Shown here piece after piece: positions 35,795 through 47,888 of a stretch of 64,000 nt of DNA (position 1 is the first letter of the stretch; each line of letters starts with the position of its first letter). The notes under the pieces are model-generated. The model had not been told where the DNA came from. It made no database searches and saw only the letters and a list, made by a program, of their open reading frames with translations. Origin of the DNA: Neocallimastix sp. 'constans' (Eukaryota); assembly GCA_050613775.1 (NCBI GenBank), contig JBODTK010000118.1:1-64000 (forward strand), read 5' to 3'. Both the position numbers and the translations under genes were made by a program.

Positions 35795-35973
35795 AAAAAA
35801 AAAAAAAAAAAAAAAAATTATACATTAAGGATAAAATTATAATATTAATAAATAAATTTTCTAATAAAACAAAAAAAATATTTTTTTAAAAAAATAAAAA
35901 AACAATTTTTATATTTTTAACTAATTATTATTAATTGTTAAAAATATTAATTAATATTAAATTAAACTAATAT

Positions 35974-36139
35974 TCGTGCATAGATTTCCGGGTTAAGTTT
36001 ATCCTACATAGTAATTAGGCTAGTAGGCTCTGGACTGCTATTTTTTATATTGAAAATAGTAACCGTGGCACACGCGTGGCATGACACCTTTCAAGAGGTA
36101 AGCTGCACGTCAGACAGTGTGTACTATCAGATTGCACGA
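35974..36139 (+). ncRNA. Conserved structured cis-RNA in the E5 leader
   Basis: Copy of 16953-17118. Confidence 0.75.
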
Positions 36140-36294
36140 TTATTATAATTTAATAAGTGATTAATAATAATAAATAATTAATAATTTTATTAGTTAAAAG
36201 ATTTATTTTTTTTAATTTTTTTTATTTTTACTTTTTTATAACAATTTATACATTACGAGGTTTAGCATTCTATAGATACAATAAATTTTATTTT

Positions 36295-37212
36295 ATGAGA
36301 ACATCCAGTACTTCCAGTACTCCAACAGAGAGTACTCCAGAAAGTAAGCTTAGCTTCCGAGAATTAAAGAAAGAATTAAAAGATTTTGAAAAGCTTACTA
36401 AACAAAACCTTGACATCAATTCCTGGGCAAATGAGTTAAAGGCATGGATAAAATACCAACATATCAAGGATCCTGAAACTATTTTTACTGCTTGTATATT
36501 AACGGCTTCTGGAGAACCAAGAGAAATTATCCAAGAACTAGAAGATGGAAATGACCTTACTGAAGATGAAGATTCTGATTTCGATAGCGATAGTGAAGGA
36601 GAAGATGATGAAGAAATTGAATCTACTAACACCTACCCAAGCCTTGATGAAATCATAAATCATCTGAAGACTTTCTATGGACTTAAAGAAGATCAAACCA
36701 ACTTGTTACGAGAATTGCGTTCCATGAAAATAAAGAAGAACGAGAAAGTTAAAGATTTTAATGTCCGTTATAGATCTTTGTACCATAAATTGGATAAAAA
36801 GAGAAGAAGAAAAATTAGTGTTTTAGATTATGCAGATTCCTTAACCAATAATCCTGACGCATGGAGAAAGGTTATGCTTAAAGACCATATTTCTATTACC
36901 AAAGCGTTCGCTATAGCTGAAAAAGTTGATCGTTTATCTATTAAAAATAGTACTGAATATTATGATAAGACTCGTTACAATCTCTTTAACTCTAAAAGTA
37001 ATTTTAATAAGAACATTTCAAATGATTTTAACAAACCAAAAACCCACAAAAATGTATCTATAGAAAATCTCACTAACAAGATGAAAGAAATGAAAATTAG
37101 TACTTGCTGGTTTTGTAGCAATGAAGGACATACCAAACGAAACTGTCCTAAATTAAATTCTATATTGGAAAATAACCGCAAGAAGTTTTATGAAAATCAT
37201 TTAAACCACTAA
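36295..37212 (+). CDS. gag: E5 Gag
   Basis: Near-identical to E2 Gag. Confidence 0.93.
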   Translation: MRTSSTSSTPTESTPESKLSFRELKKELKDFEKLTKQNLDINSWANELKAWIKYQHIKDPETIFTACILTASGEPREIIQELEDGNDLTEDEDSDFDSDSEGEDDEEIESTNTYPSLDEIINHLKTFYGLKEDQTNLLRELRSMKIKKNEKVKDFNVRYRSLYHKLDKKRRRKISVLDYADSLTNNPDAWRKVMLKDHISITKAFAIAEKVDRLSIKNSTEYYDKTRYNLFNSKSNFNKNISNDFNKPKTHKNVSIENLTNKMKEMKISTCWFCSNEGHTKRNCPKLNSILENNRKKFYENHLNH

Positions 37213-40200
37213 AAGGGAGTAGAAGCACTCCCATCGTCAAAAAAATTGCTTCAGTCTGCCATCGTCCCAAAACAGTTGACTTAAAAGAAGATGATGATTA
37301 TGAAGAAATTGCTGATTTCCAAGAAGGTACTACTACGGATTATTACGAAGATTTTGATGATGAGTCGGATGGTTCCAAAGAATTGAATTACTTAGTAAAC
37401 GTTATAAAGAGAAAGGCAAATCCTAAAGATGAAGAGACTAGTGACCAAAGAGGAAAGAGGGTTCACCATGGTCTAAGAGATGATCCTAAGCCAATAGTTA
37501 CTCCAGGTTTACGAAAACAAAAAGAAAATCAATTAAGGGGAACATCGCGACCAGTCAAAAAGCCAACAACTCAATTACATCCTTCGATTATGGCTCAACC
37601 CAGAATAGAGAAAGAAAAGAGGATTGAGAAAGAGCTAAGAGATAAGGAAAGAGCTAGTACTAGTACTTCTGTGGAAAATAATAAAAATAGTAATGTTAAT
37701 ATTATTAATGAAGAAACTTCTCAGGAAGGAAATAATTCTAAACAAACTTTAAATAAATTAATTCAAGAAAAATCATCAGAAAAGTCAACTGAAATTATGC
37801 CAACTAGAATTCCAAGAAGAATACAAATGCAAACTGATTGTGATAGTTATGACGTGATCAAAGATTTAAACTCCAGTAATTGCAATATTACATTTGGACA
37901 ATTATTGGACGTTGCTCCAAAGATACGGTCTCAAGTATCACAAGGACTTAAATTAGAAAAGAATAATACTAAAATTTCAGGTGCAATGGATAATATGTGT
38001 GCTACTACAATAATAACGAACAATATAGATCATACATATAAAAGTAAACATCATGAACCACAAGAAGATGATATTGCTATGGTTGATGTAATAGTAGATG
38101 GAGTTCGTGGTAAGGCTTTAGTAGATTCATGTAGCAACTTAAGTATTATCACAAAGCAATTTTTAGATAAATTACCTTATCAGTACGAACCTATAGGAGT
38201 TAGTGCAGGACGAATACGTTTAGCAACGATGAATGATGATTACTCAGAAGATGTGTTAATCAAAGTTCCCGTAAAAATTAATGAACTAGAACTACTTGTT
38301 ACGTGTAGAATTATAGACAAGAAGGATCCATTCTATGATATATTAATCAACCTCAAAACTCAAATTGATAACCAGTTATTTATACATCCAATTAGATATA
38401 GTCTTTGTCGATTTAATGATCAAGGTTTAATTGAAGAAATTGCACCTATTAATAATGAATATGATGACGAAGAAAAATTATTATGTGTAATCAAAGCATT
38501 GAATCACCAAGAAGCTAAGCAACAATTGAAAACGATTGAAGGATTACCACCCATAAAATATATATATGAAACAGTTTTTCAAAGTACAATTAATTCAAAT
38601 TATAGAGAAGCTATTACTAAATTACTTGAAGAATATATTGATATAATTGCAACTTCTTCTGATGAATTAACACCTTCAGATTTATCACCACACAAAATTA
38701 TTCTTAAGGAAGGAGTTAAACCTATTAAACAAAAATTTTATCGACTTAGTAAATTAAAAACAGATATCTTAAAAGAAGAATTAACCAAACTCATATATAA
38801 ACGATTAATTGAACCTTCATGTTCAGAATGGTCATCACCAGTAGTACTTGTGCCTAAAAAGAACGGTAAATGGCGCCTGTGTATTGACTATAGGAAAGTA
38901 AATGAAGCAACTAAGAAGGATTCTTATTCTTTACCAAATATTGAGGAAATTTTTGATAGCTTAGATGGAGCAAAAATCTTCTCAACATTAGATCTTTATT
39001 CCGGTTATCATCAAATATTAATGGATGATGATAGTGTTGAAATCACTACCTTTACAACTAAGTTCGGAAACTACCAATTCAAGGTAATGCCCTTCGGTTT
39101 AACAGGTGCTCCAGCTACATTCCAAAGAGAAATGAACCGTATACTATTTCCCTTAATAGGAAAATGCGTCTATAACTTTATCGATGATATTTTAATCTAC
39201 TCAAGAACTGAAGAAGAACACCTAGAACATCTTAAACAAGTCTTAGAAATATTCAAGGAACATAAGTTAAAAATCAATATTGAAAAATGTTCTTTCATGC
39301 AAACTGAAGTAGAAGTACTTGGACATAAAGTATCCTCAGAAGGTTTAAGTCCATTGGAAAACAAAGTTAAAGCTATTAAAGAATGGAAGGCTCCCTCCAA
39401 CATTCATGAACTTCGATCATTTTTAGGAGCCATTGGATATTATAGAAATTTCATTAAGGACTTTGCAAAAGTTACTGCACCTCTATGCACTCTATTAAGA
39501 AAAGGTGTTAAGTTTGAATGGAAAAAGGAACAAGAAGAAAGTTTTAAAATTCTTAAGGAAAGATTAATCAATGCCCCAATATTAAGATTTCCTAGATTTG
39601 ATAGAGAATTTATTATAAGAACAGATGCTTCCTATGATGGTATAGGCGGTGTGCTTTTACAAAAGGATGATGAAACTGGAAAGGAACATCCGGTTCATTA
39701 TATTAGTAGAAGTTTATCTAAATCGGAAAAGAATTATGGGATTACGGATCTAGAAGGTGCTGCTCTAATTTACTGTATTAATAAATTAAAATCTTATATT
39801 ATGGGAAATCCTAAGCAAACTATAGTATATACAGATCATAGACCCTTAATCGGATTACTTAAAAGTAAGGAACCACAAAATTCTCGTCATACTAGATGGT
39901 GTTTGACTGTCAGTATGTTAGGAATTGATTTACGATATGAAACTGGAAAGAATAATGTTGTCGCAGATGCTTTATCAAGAATGAAAAATGAAAAAGAAAA
40001 AGTTGTCTTAACAACACAAATTATCAAGGAACAAGATGAAAACCTGCTTTCAAGAACCATTAAGGAATTTATTGAAGAAAAATTTACGACAATTGATGGT
40101 GTGGACTATTTTGTTGATGGCAATAATTATAGAAAATTAGTTACAGATACAAAAGAAAAGCTTCAATTAATTTTTCAAGCACACAGTATAGGACACGAAG

Positions 40201-41201
40201 GCTATTACAAGACATACCAACGTTTGAAAAAGAGCTACTATTGGAACAATATGATTAATGACATTAAGCGAATTATAGGTAAATGTGAAAAATGTCATTT
40301 AAATAAATCTCAACCATACCCTGAACCAACGGAAGATAAACCAACTGAAGTGGAAGGACCATTTACACACTTAGGATTGGACATTATAGGACCTCTAAGT
40401 AAAACCAGAAATAATAATCAATATATAATCGTTGTTGTTGATTATTTTACTAAATGGGTTGAGGCAGAGCCCACTGAAAATGTTACTTCTCAGAATGTGA
40501 TAAAATTTTTAATTAATGTATTTGCTCGACACGGTGTACCTCAAATTATCACTACTGATAATGGAACACAATTTACATCAGATATGACAAAAATCTTCCT
40601 TGATTTATATGATGTATATGTTAAATTTATCACTCCATATCATCCTGAAAGCAATGGTTTAGATGAGAATCGTAATAAAGAAATTGGAAAATTATTACGA
40701 TTACTAGGACAACAACACAAAGAATGGGATGAAATTTTACCATCTGCACTTTGGGCTTTAAGAACTACTAAAAACTCAATCACCAACCATTCAAGTTTTG
40801 AATTAGTTTATGGAAGGGAGGACCAACAACCTTTTGACATTGCTGCCAGACCAACTAAGGGTATAAATAAGTCTTCTGACGAAATTCTACTGGAAAAATT
40901 TGTATTACACTACCAATGGGTAATGGAGGCCGCATCTAATATCAAAAATGCTTCGAAGTATTGGGCTACTAGGAGAGAAGAAAAGACCAGTATGAATCAA
41001 GCTAAAAGAATAAAACCAGGTGATTTAGTACTAGTTAGAAACTTTAATCGAACTAAATTAGAACCTTATTTTGTTGGACCTATGAAAGTGGTAAAGAAAC
41101 AATTCAATACAGTCACTTTAGCCGATCCTGATACTAATATACAAATGAATCGTAATGTTCATTTGAAAAATATTGTCAAGTTTAACTCAGCTTCTACCTA
41201 G
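37200..41201 (+). CDS. pol: E5 Pol (-1 frameshift)
   Basis: TTTAAAC at 37200-37206; ORF 37383-41201 near-identical to E2 Pol. Confidence 0.95.
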   Translation, partial: FKPLKGSRSTPIVKKIASVCHRPKTVDLKEDDDYEEIADFQEGTTTDYYEDFDDESDGSKELNYLVNVIKRKANPKDEETSDQRGKRVHHGLRDDPKPIVTPGLRKQKENQLRGTSRPVKKPTTQLHPSIMAQPRIEKEKRIEKELRDKERASTSTSVENNKNSNVNIINEETSQEGNNSKQTLNKLIQEKSSEKSTEIMPTRIPRRIQMQTDCDSYDVIKDLNSSNCNITFGQLLDVAPKIRSQVSQGLKLEKNNTKISGAMDNMCATTIITNNIDHTYKSKHHEPQEDDIAMVDVIVDGVRGKALVDSCSNLSIITKQFLDKLPYQYEPIGVSAGRIRLATMNDDYSEDVLIKVPVKINELELLVTCRIIDKKDPFYDILINLKTQIDNQLFIHPIRYSLCRFNDQGLIEEIAPINNEYDDEEKLLCVIKALNHQEAKQQLKTIEGLPPIKYIYETVFQSTINSNYREAITKLLEEYIDIIATSSDELTPSDLSPHKIILKEGVKPIKQKFYRLSKLKTDILKEELTKLIYKRLIEPSCSEWSSPVVLVPKKNGKWRLCIDYRKVNEATKKDSYSLPNIEEIFDSLDGAKIFSTLDLYSGYHQILMDDDSVEITTFTTKFGNYQFKVMPFGLTGAPATFQREMNRILFPLIGKCVYNFIDDILIYSRTEEEHLEHLKQVLEIFKEHKLKINIEKCSFMQTEVEVLGHKVSSEGLSPLENKVKAIKEWKAPSNIHELRSFLGAIGYYRNFIKDFAKVTAPLCTLLRKGVKFEWKKEQEESFKILKERLINAPILRFPRFDREFIIRTDASYDGIGGVLLQKDDETGKEHPVHYISRSLSKSEKNYGITDLEGAALIYCINKLKSYIMGNPKQTIVYTDHRPLIGLLKSKEPQNSRHTRWCLTVSMLGIDLRYETGKNNVVADALSRMKNEKEKVVLTTQIIKEQDENLLSRTIKEFIEEKFTTIDGVDYFVDGNNYRKLVTDTKEKLQLIFQAHSIGHEGYYKTYQRLKKSYYWNNMINDIKRIIGKCEKCHLNKSQPYPEPTEDKPTEVEGPFTHLGLDIIGPLSKTRNNNQYIIVVVDYFTKWVEAEPTENVTSQNVIKFLINVFARHGVPQIITTDNGTQFTSDMTKIFLDLYDVYVKFITPYHPESNGLDENRNKEIGKLLRLLGQQHKEWDEILPSALWALRTTKNSITNHSSFELVYGREDQQPFDIAARPTKGINKSSDEILLEKFVLHYQWVMEAASNIKNASKYWATRREEKTSMNQAKRIKPGDLVLVRNFNRTKLEPYFVGPMKVVKKQFNTVTLADPDTNIQMNRNVHLKNIVKFNSAST

Positions 41202-42018
41202 CTTGAGTCTTAGCGGGGGCATCTTAATACAGAATGAACAAATAATACTAATTGTGCTAGAATAATATAAATTATTCTAACCATATAGATTATTCTATTC
41301 TATATAATTGGAACTTTCCAATATTCTTCAAATATTACTAAATAGAAATCTTAAGTTAATAAATCACTAATTAACTTATAATTCCTTTTTGAATTATCGA
41401 TCCGATTCCATATAATGTATTAAAAATCTTTAGCCAAGAATATTGTCCTTGCCCACTTAATATATTAATATTATATTTCTTTTGTATTATGTTATATTGA
41501 AAATAATCAAATCTATTTAATTAGTTATTAAAATTTTCGTTGTCAATATAAATTTATTTTTAATTACTAAATTTAACTAAACCACAATAAAATATTCTGT
41601 ATAATCTCTTTATTTTTATTTTATATATATTAGTATTAAACTATTATTAAATAATTAATAATTCAATAATATATAACTACTATTTATAACAATAATATTA
41701 TTAACTAAAATAATATTTCAATTTCAATTTAAATGTTTTATTTATAAAAATAATTAGTAATTAATTTATTAAAAAAAAATAGTTAGGCTTTACAAATTTT
41801 AATTTGATAAAAAAATATAAATACATGTGATTTTTAGTGAAATAAAATATAATCAATAACTTTCTTTTTATTAAATAAATAATTATATTATTATTTTTCT
41901 TTTATAAATTTAAATAAATAAATATTGATTTTAAAACAAATTATTTTTTTTTATTGTAATTTTATTATTTTTGTTAATTATTATTATATTCCTAAAATTA
42001 TATGAACCATACCATTTT

Positions 42019-42600
42019 TGTTAAGGAATGAACAAATAATGTTAATTTTATTATTTTTCATAAAAATAACTTAACCACTAAAATTAAATTATTTATTTCC
42101 TTACTTGGGGAACTTTCTTATGTTCTATTACTGCCAAATTATTACTAATATTAAATTTATTATTAATATAAATTCTTTATTAATATCAATACTTTATTAT
42201 TAAAATTAATACTATATTATTAATATCAATATTATTATCAATATCTAGTTTTATTAATATGATTTATTCTATCAATATTTTATTATTAAAGAAAATTTTA
42301 TTTTACAAATATTACTAATACAGATTATTTATTATTAATAAAAATTAATATAACTAGTAAATTTTATAAATAAATTTTTATTTAAAATATAGATTTTATT
42401 CAATCTTAATAATATTTTATTACATTATTATTTTATATAATTATTACTATAATTTAAATTGCAATAATCCTAAGTTTTAATTTAAAATATAAATTTTATT
42501 TAATCTTAATAATATTTTATTACATTATTATTTTATATAATTATTACTATAATTTAAATTTCAATAATCCTACATATTATTAAATAAAGTTTATTCCTAG

Positions 42601-42631
<31 letters not shown>

Positions 42632-42820
42632 TAATCCTACAAAGGATTAATCAAAAGATTTAAACATGTATTTATATAAAATAATTAATTATTAAAATAT
42701 TAATTATTAATATGAATATTGATAATATGAAATAAGATTATAATATAAATATTTAATATAATTATAATATAAGAATCTAATATAGCTAAATATTATATTT
42801 TAATTATAAAATATAATATG
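42019..42820 (+). mobile_element. LTR-like remnant of a third family of the E1/E2 lineage (right boundary uncertain)
   Basis: TGTTAAGGAATGAACAAATAAT resembles the LTR starts TAATACAGAATGAACAAATAAT (E2) and TGATAAGAATGTACTAAATAAT (E1); 4 bp after E5. Confidence 0.65.
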
Positions 42821-42833
42821 TAAAGATTTTGAT

Positions 42834-42923
42834 GGGAGTATTGCATTTCGACATAATTTATGTATAATCATTTATTCATGTATTACAATGTGGCTTAAAA
42901 AAATAAATGAATAGGATAGGGTT

Positions 42924-42962
<39 letters not shown>

Positions 42963-44520
42963 TATTAAAAAAAAAAAAATAAATAAAGTAAAATAAAAAT
43001 AAAAAAAAAAATAAATAATAAAGTAAAATAAAAAATAAAAAAAAAAAAAAAAAAAAAGAATAAAAATATAAGATAAAAAATATAGATAAAAAAAAAAATC
43101 AAAAAATAAAACTTTCAATTTAAAATAAAAAATAAAAAAAAAAGAATAAAAATATAAGATAAAAAAAATAGATTAAAACAAAAAAAAAAAAAACTTTCAA
43201 TTTAAAATAAAAAATAAAAAAAAAAAGAATAAAAATATAAGATAAAAAAAAAGATTAAAACAAAAAAATCAAAAAATAAAACTTTTAATTTAAAATATTT
43301 ATAATAAATGGATGATCAATTAGAAATAAGTGAAACTAATAAAGAAAAAAACCAAATCATTGTAAACAAAAAATATAAATTTTATTTTATGGTATATAAC
43401 GAATAATACAAAAATATTCAAATGTACTGATTATAAAACCGTTAAAAAATGTAAATCATACATTATTCTAAATGATAATAATAAAGTAATAAAATATGAA
43501 AACAAACATACTCATCCAGGAAAAGAATATGATGCATCTGTATCAATAGTAAAACATAAAATGAAAAATGAAATTAGAAAAACCTCAATCCCATTTGATA
43601 TAAATCCAAAACATATATATAATGAAATATCTGAAGAAATTGGATTGATAGCTTCAGAATCTTTTAACAATTATTTAAAAAATTGTTTTACAAAAAACCT
43701 TCTTTATATGAATTGATTTATTATTTAAAAAGAAAATCTTTATCATACAATAATTACAAAAGGAAAATTGAAGGAGTTTGGGAAAAAAAAAAAAAAAGAA
43801 TATTAACAAAAATTGATGAAATCAATGATTTCATTAAAAAATACAAAAAAAAAAGGAATCCGAAATGATTGATAAAAAATGTGATAAAAATGATATCATT
43901 GATTTATGGTATAAATGTTTAATAGAATTAAACATACTCTAAATTTATAAATAATAATTAACTAGAATATATATAGTTTAAATTATATTAATATCAATAT
44001 CAATATATTTTATTAATATCAATATCAAAATATTTTATTAATATCAATATCAAAATATTTTATTAATATCAATATCAATATTTAAATTTTATTAATAATA
44101 AATATTTAATATTATAATAAATTTTATTCTATTATTTAATTTAATAATAAAATATATAATTTTATTTATTTTATTTAAATAAAATAAAATGGAAAGGTTT
44201 TATTATTAAAATATTTAATAATAAAATATAATAATAAAATAAAATTAAAAAAAAATAAAAATAAAATAAAATTCTTAACAGAAAACTTATTTATTCTTTT
44301 ATTTATTCTTTTTTTTGTTTTTATTTTATTTTTTTAATGCTAAAATACATTTATTCTTTTATTTATTCTTTTTTTTTGTTTTTATTTTATTTTTTTAATG
44401 ATAAAAAACAATAAATAAAAAAAATATACGTTGAAAATAGTGGCGTATTATATATATTATACACATTGTACAAATATTTATGATGATTATACATAAATTA
44501 TGTCGAAATGCTTCACATCC
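42834..44520 (+). mobile_element. Internally deleted Mutator-like (MULE) DNA transposon
   Basis: TIRs GG..GCATTTCGACATAATTTATGTATAATCAT at both ends; 9-bp TSD GATTTTGAT (42825-42833, 44521-44529). Confidence 0.9.
43308..43940 (+). pseudogene. Degraded MULE transposase fragments (FLYWCH/WRKY-like N-terminus joined to C-terminal piece)
   Basis: MDDQLEISETNKEKNQIIVNKKYKF.., KCTDYKTVKKCKSYIIL..HTH pieces with frameshifts, inside the TIRs. Confidence 0.65.
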
Positions 44521-44794
44521 GATTTTGATAATAAATTAATATAGAAATTAATTTATTATGGCAATCACGTGTTTACATTATTTAATATATATTAAATTCA
44601 ATATATATTAAATTATATGTCTATATAGTAATATGCTATATAGATATATAATAATAATAAATATATTTAAACGATTTAGTTTTAATAAAAATTTATTTAT
44701 AATAAATTTTGATAATAAGAATTATTAAATAAATTTGATTTTAGAATAATTTATTTTATTTAATAATGAAATATCTATAATATATTACTATTAA

Positions 44795-45400
44795 GGTAAT
44801 TCTACAATAACCTTACGAGGAACATAAAAGGGGTATGAGGCATTTCGCCAAATTGCATTTCGCCAGGTTGCGTTTTGCCATTTTTTTTGAAAGCATGTGG
44901 CGTATTAAAAAAATGTGGCATTTCGCCAAATTGCAATTCGCCAAGTCGCATTTCGCCAAATTTGAAAATTATTAAATAAATAAATAAATCAATATATAAA
45001 ATTAAATATTATTAATATCGCATAAAAACAATTTTAAAAAAAATATTTTTAATTAATATTTATTTATTTATTCATTTATTTATATCAATACACTACTTGT
45101 CGAAATGCAACCTGGCGAAAAGCAACTTGGGGAAATGCAACTTGGGGAAATGCAACATTTTAATACTACGCCACTTGTCGAAATACAACCTGGCGAAATG
45201 CAATTTGGGGAAATGCAACTCTCCCACATAAAAGATAGATTTTTACATCTTTCTTTTATACTTTGTAAGTTACAGAATAGTATTTAATTATAAGATACTA
45301 ATAATATGATAATATAAATTTTAATATAAAGATAAAGATAAATTTAATTGTATAATTAATTTGAATAATTGACATTAATATAGATATGTTTGTAAACATA
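44795..45400 (-). mobile_element. Remnant LTR related to E3, split by a MITE
   Basis: CAATAACCTTACGAGGAACATAAAAG|ATAGATTTTTACATCTTTCTTTTATACTTTGTAAGTTACA matches E3 LTR 29551-29620 once the MITE is removed. Confidence 0.8.
44831..45225 (+). mobile_element. MULE-type MITE with GCATTTCGCCA subterminal repeats
   Basis: GGG..CCC ends; 9-bp TSD ACATAAAAG (44822-44830, 45226-45234). Confidence 0.88.
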
Positions 45401-45416
45401 TATAAAAACGAATCTA

Positions 45417-45689
45417 GTGCATTTCGCAATTGTGCATTTCACAATGTGGCGTATTTTGTATGTGGCTTTTTTTTTAATATTTAAATAATAATAATTAAAT
45501 TAATTTATTAATATCCAATTATAAAAATAATTTTTTATAAGAATATATTATTATTTCTTTTGAAATAATATTTAATAATATTTAATTGAAAAAAATATAT
45601 TATTTCTTTTAAAATAATAATGATTTATATATTTATTTATGAAGGTTCATTAAAAAAGTTTTATACGCCACATTGCGAAATGCACGCCC
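45417..45689. mobile_element. MULE-type MITE, left end incomplete
   Basis: GTGCATTTCACAATGTGGCGTA / TACGCCACATTGCGAAATGCAC inverted pair; no clear TSD. Confidence 0.65.
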
Positions 45690-45732
45690 AAATAATTTAA
45701 TTTAATCTAACCCTTAAGAAATTGTCAAAAAT

Positions 45733-46021
45733 GGGAGAGTTGCATTTCCCCAAATTGCATTTCGCCAAGTGGCGTAGTATTAAAATGTTGCATTTCCCCA
45801 AGTTGCTATTCGCCAGGTTGCATTTCGACAAGTAAAGTATTGATATAAATAAATGAATAAATAAATAAATATTAATTCAAAAAATATTTTTTTTTAAAAT
45901 TGTTTTTATGCGATATTAATAATATTTAATTTTATTTATTTATTTATTTATTTATTTAATAATTTTCAATCTGACGAAATGCAACTTGGCGAATTGCAAT
46001 TTGGCGAAATGCCCCACACCC
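45733..46021 (-). mobile_element. MITE of the same family as 44831-45225, inverted
   Basis: 9-bp TSD GTCAAAAAT (45724-45732, 46022-46030); shared internal sequence. Confidence 0.88.
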
Positions 46022-46611
46022 GTCAAAAATATTCAGAAAGAAAAATAACAATAACTCAACAAAAAAATGGAAATATTGCATTGAAGTTTCCCGCAAAAAT
46101 TATATTTATTGGAAAGCTACGACTAAGAAACTACAATATATATTAATTTCAGCCTTATTGGACCACCACTAGAAGACGAGATATTGGACTTTGAAGAAAT
46201 TTTAATTATAAAAAATAATTTAATTATTCTTTAAATAAGACCCTGAATTATTTACTAGTAAATTATGTAGATTAAATTTTTAATTTGAATTTATATTACT
46301 AATTTTTATAAACAAATATTAATAATTTAAAAATACAGAATTAGTAAATAGTAATAGTTTTATAATATCTTAAATAAGTTTATAAGTTGATATATTTTAT
46401 TATAATATAATTTTATTCAATAACTTTCTAAAAGATTCCAAGGAATTCCTTATAATTTTAAAAATTTCCAAAAGAGAATTTTTTAATTAGTTTTAATAGT
46501 TTAATTCATTTTATTTTATATTATTTTATTATTAAATTTGTTTTAGTATTTAATTATATTATGAATAATTATATAATTATATATTATTCATATATAATTT
46601 TTTTTTTAATC

Positions 46612-46667
<56 letters not shown>

Positions 46668-46865
46668 TATAATAATAATAATAATAATAATATATAAATT
46701 TATTAAATGTAAATAGAAATAAAAAAAAAGAAAGAATAATAATAATATTTTTTTTTAAAAAAAGTTTTATTAATATATATATATATGCATAAATATTAAA
46801 AACAGAATAAAACAAAATTTTTAAAAAAAAAAAAAAAGGAAATTAAATAAGAAAATAAAATAATA

Positions 46866-46896
<31 letters not shown>

Positions 46897-46901
46897 TTTT
46901 T

Positions 46902-46953
<52 letters not shown>

Positions 46954-47190
46954 TTCTTGATTTTTATTTTTATTTTTATTTTTTTTTTATTTATATTGCA
47001 TTAAAATGTATTACAGATAATTAGATAATTATATATATTATTATTATTATTATTAATTTATTAATTTATTTTTTTTATATTTTTTTTTATACATAAATAA
47101 TTTTTTTTTAATCATATAGTATATTCATTGATAATTATATATTGTCATTACTAATATTTATTTTTTTTTTTTAAGAATTTTTTTTTTTTT

Positions 47191-47563
47191 TTAAATATTT
47201 AAAATAATATCATTTACAAATATTTTTTGTATATCATTAATAAAGAAAGAGAAATAATTAAATTTTTGATGATTACTATTAACACTACTACTGCTATTAT
47301 GATGATGTTGATGATTTGTATTCAAATGAATGGTATGACTCTTCTTTATTCCATTAAAATGACATTTAATATCGAAAGAAAGCTCTAAGGGATCAATATT
47401 TGAATGAGTGATTACCTCAAATACTCCAATTTTTTCTTGGAAATTAATAATTCCTTTTAAATAATTTCCTACTATATCATCAACTTCCCATTTTTCATTA
47501 CCAGTAATACCCGAATTTTTAGCTTCATTACATATTACCTTTAAACAAATAATTTTTAATTCC

Positions 47564-47594
<31 letters not shown>

Positions 47595-47596
47595 TA

Positions 47597-47627
<31 letters not shown>

Positions 47628-47855
47628 TTTATTTTTATTTTTTATTATGTAAAAATTTAAAAAAGAAAAAAAAAAAAAAAAAAGTAAAAATAAATTAGTG
47701 TTAACTTACTTGTATTAAAAATTTTATGAAACCATTTTTAACTTCATGACAATTTAATATATCATTTGTATCTTGACGATTTAAATAAAAAACGACCTTG
47801 GTTGGGAATTTTATACCAAATTTTACAGTATAACTATTAAAAGTTAAAAGTTTTA

Positions 47856-47888
<33 letters not shown>

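Larger units (their letters stand above)
30056..35817 (+). mobile_element. E4: chromovirus-like element related to E3, lacking 3' UTR and 3' LTR
   Basis: 5' LTR 30056-30785 (TGTTG..TAACA), gag and pol, then an A-tract joined to the E5 leader. Confidence 0.92.
35818..42014 (+). mobile_element. E5: second copy of the E2 family lacking 5' LTR and PBS
   Basis: Leader, gag, pol and 3' LTR (41225-42014) nearly identical to E2; followed by TTTT. Confidence 0.95.

Noticed and set aside
15978..42014. E2 5' LTR to E5 3' LTR as one giant element, or E5 as an assembly duplicate
   Set aside because: E2 has its own 3' LTR, and E5 differs from E2 at many scattered positions
45105..45287. Repetitive ORF MQPGEKQLGEMQ
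   Set aside because: Translation of MITE subterminal repeats
46031..46200. Slightly GC-richer coding-like stretch
   Set aside because: No sustained frame or motif; probably decayed transposon sequence, not identifiable
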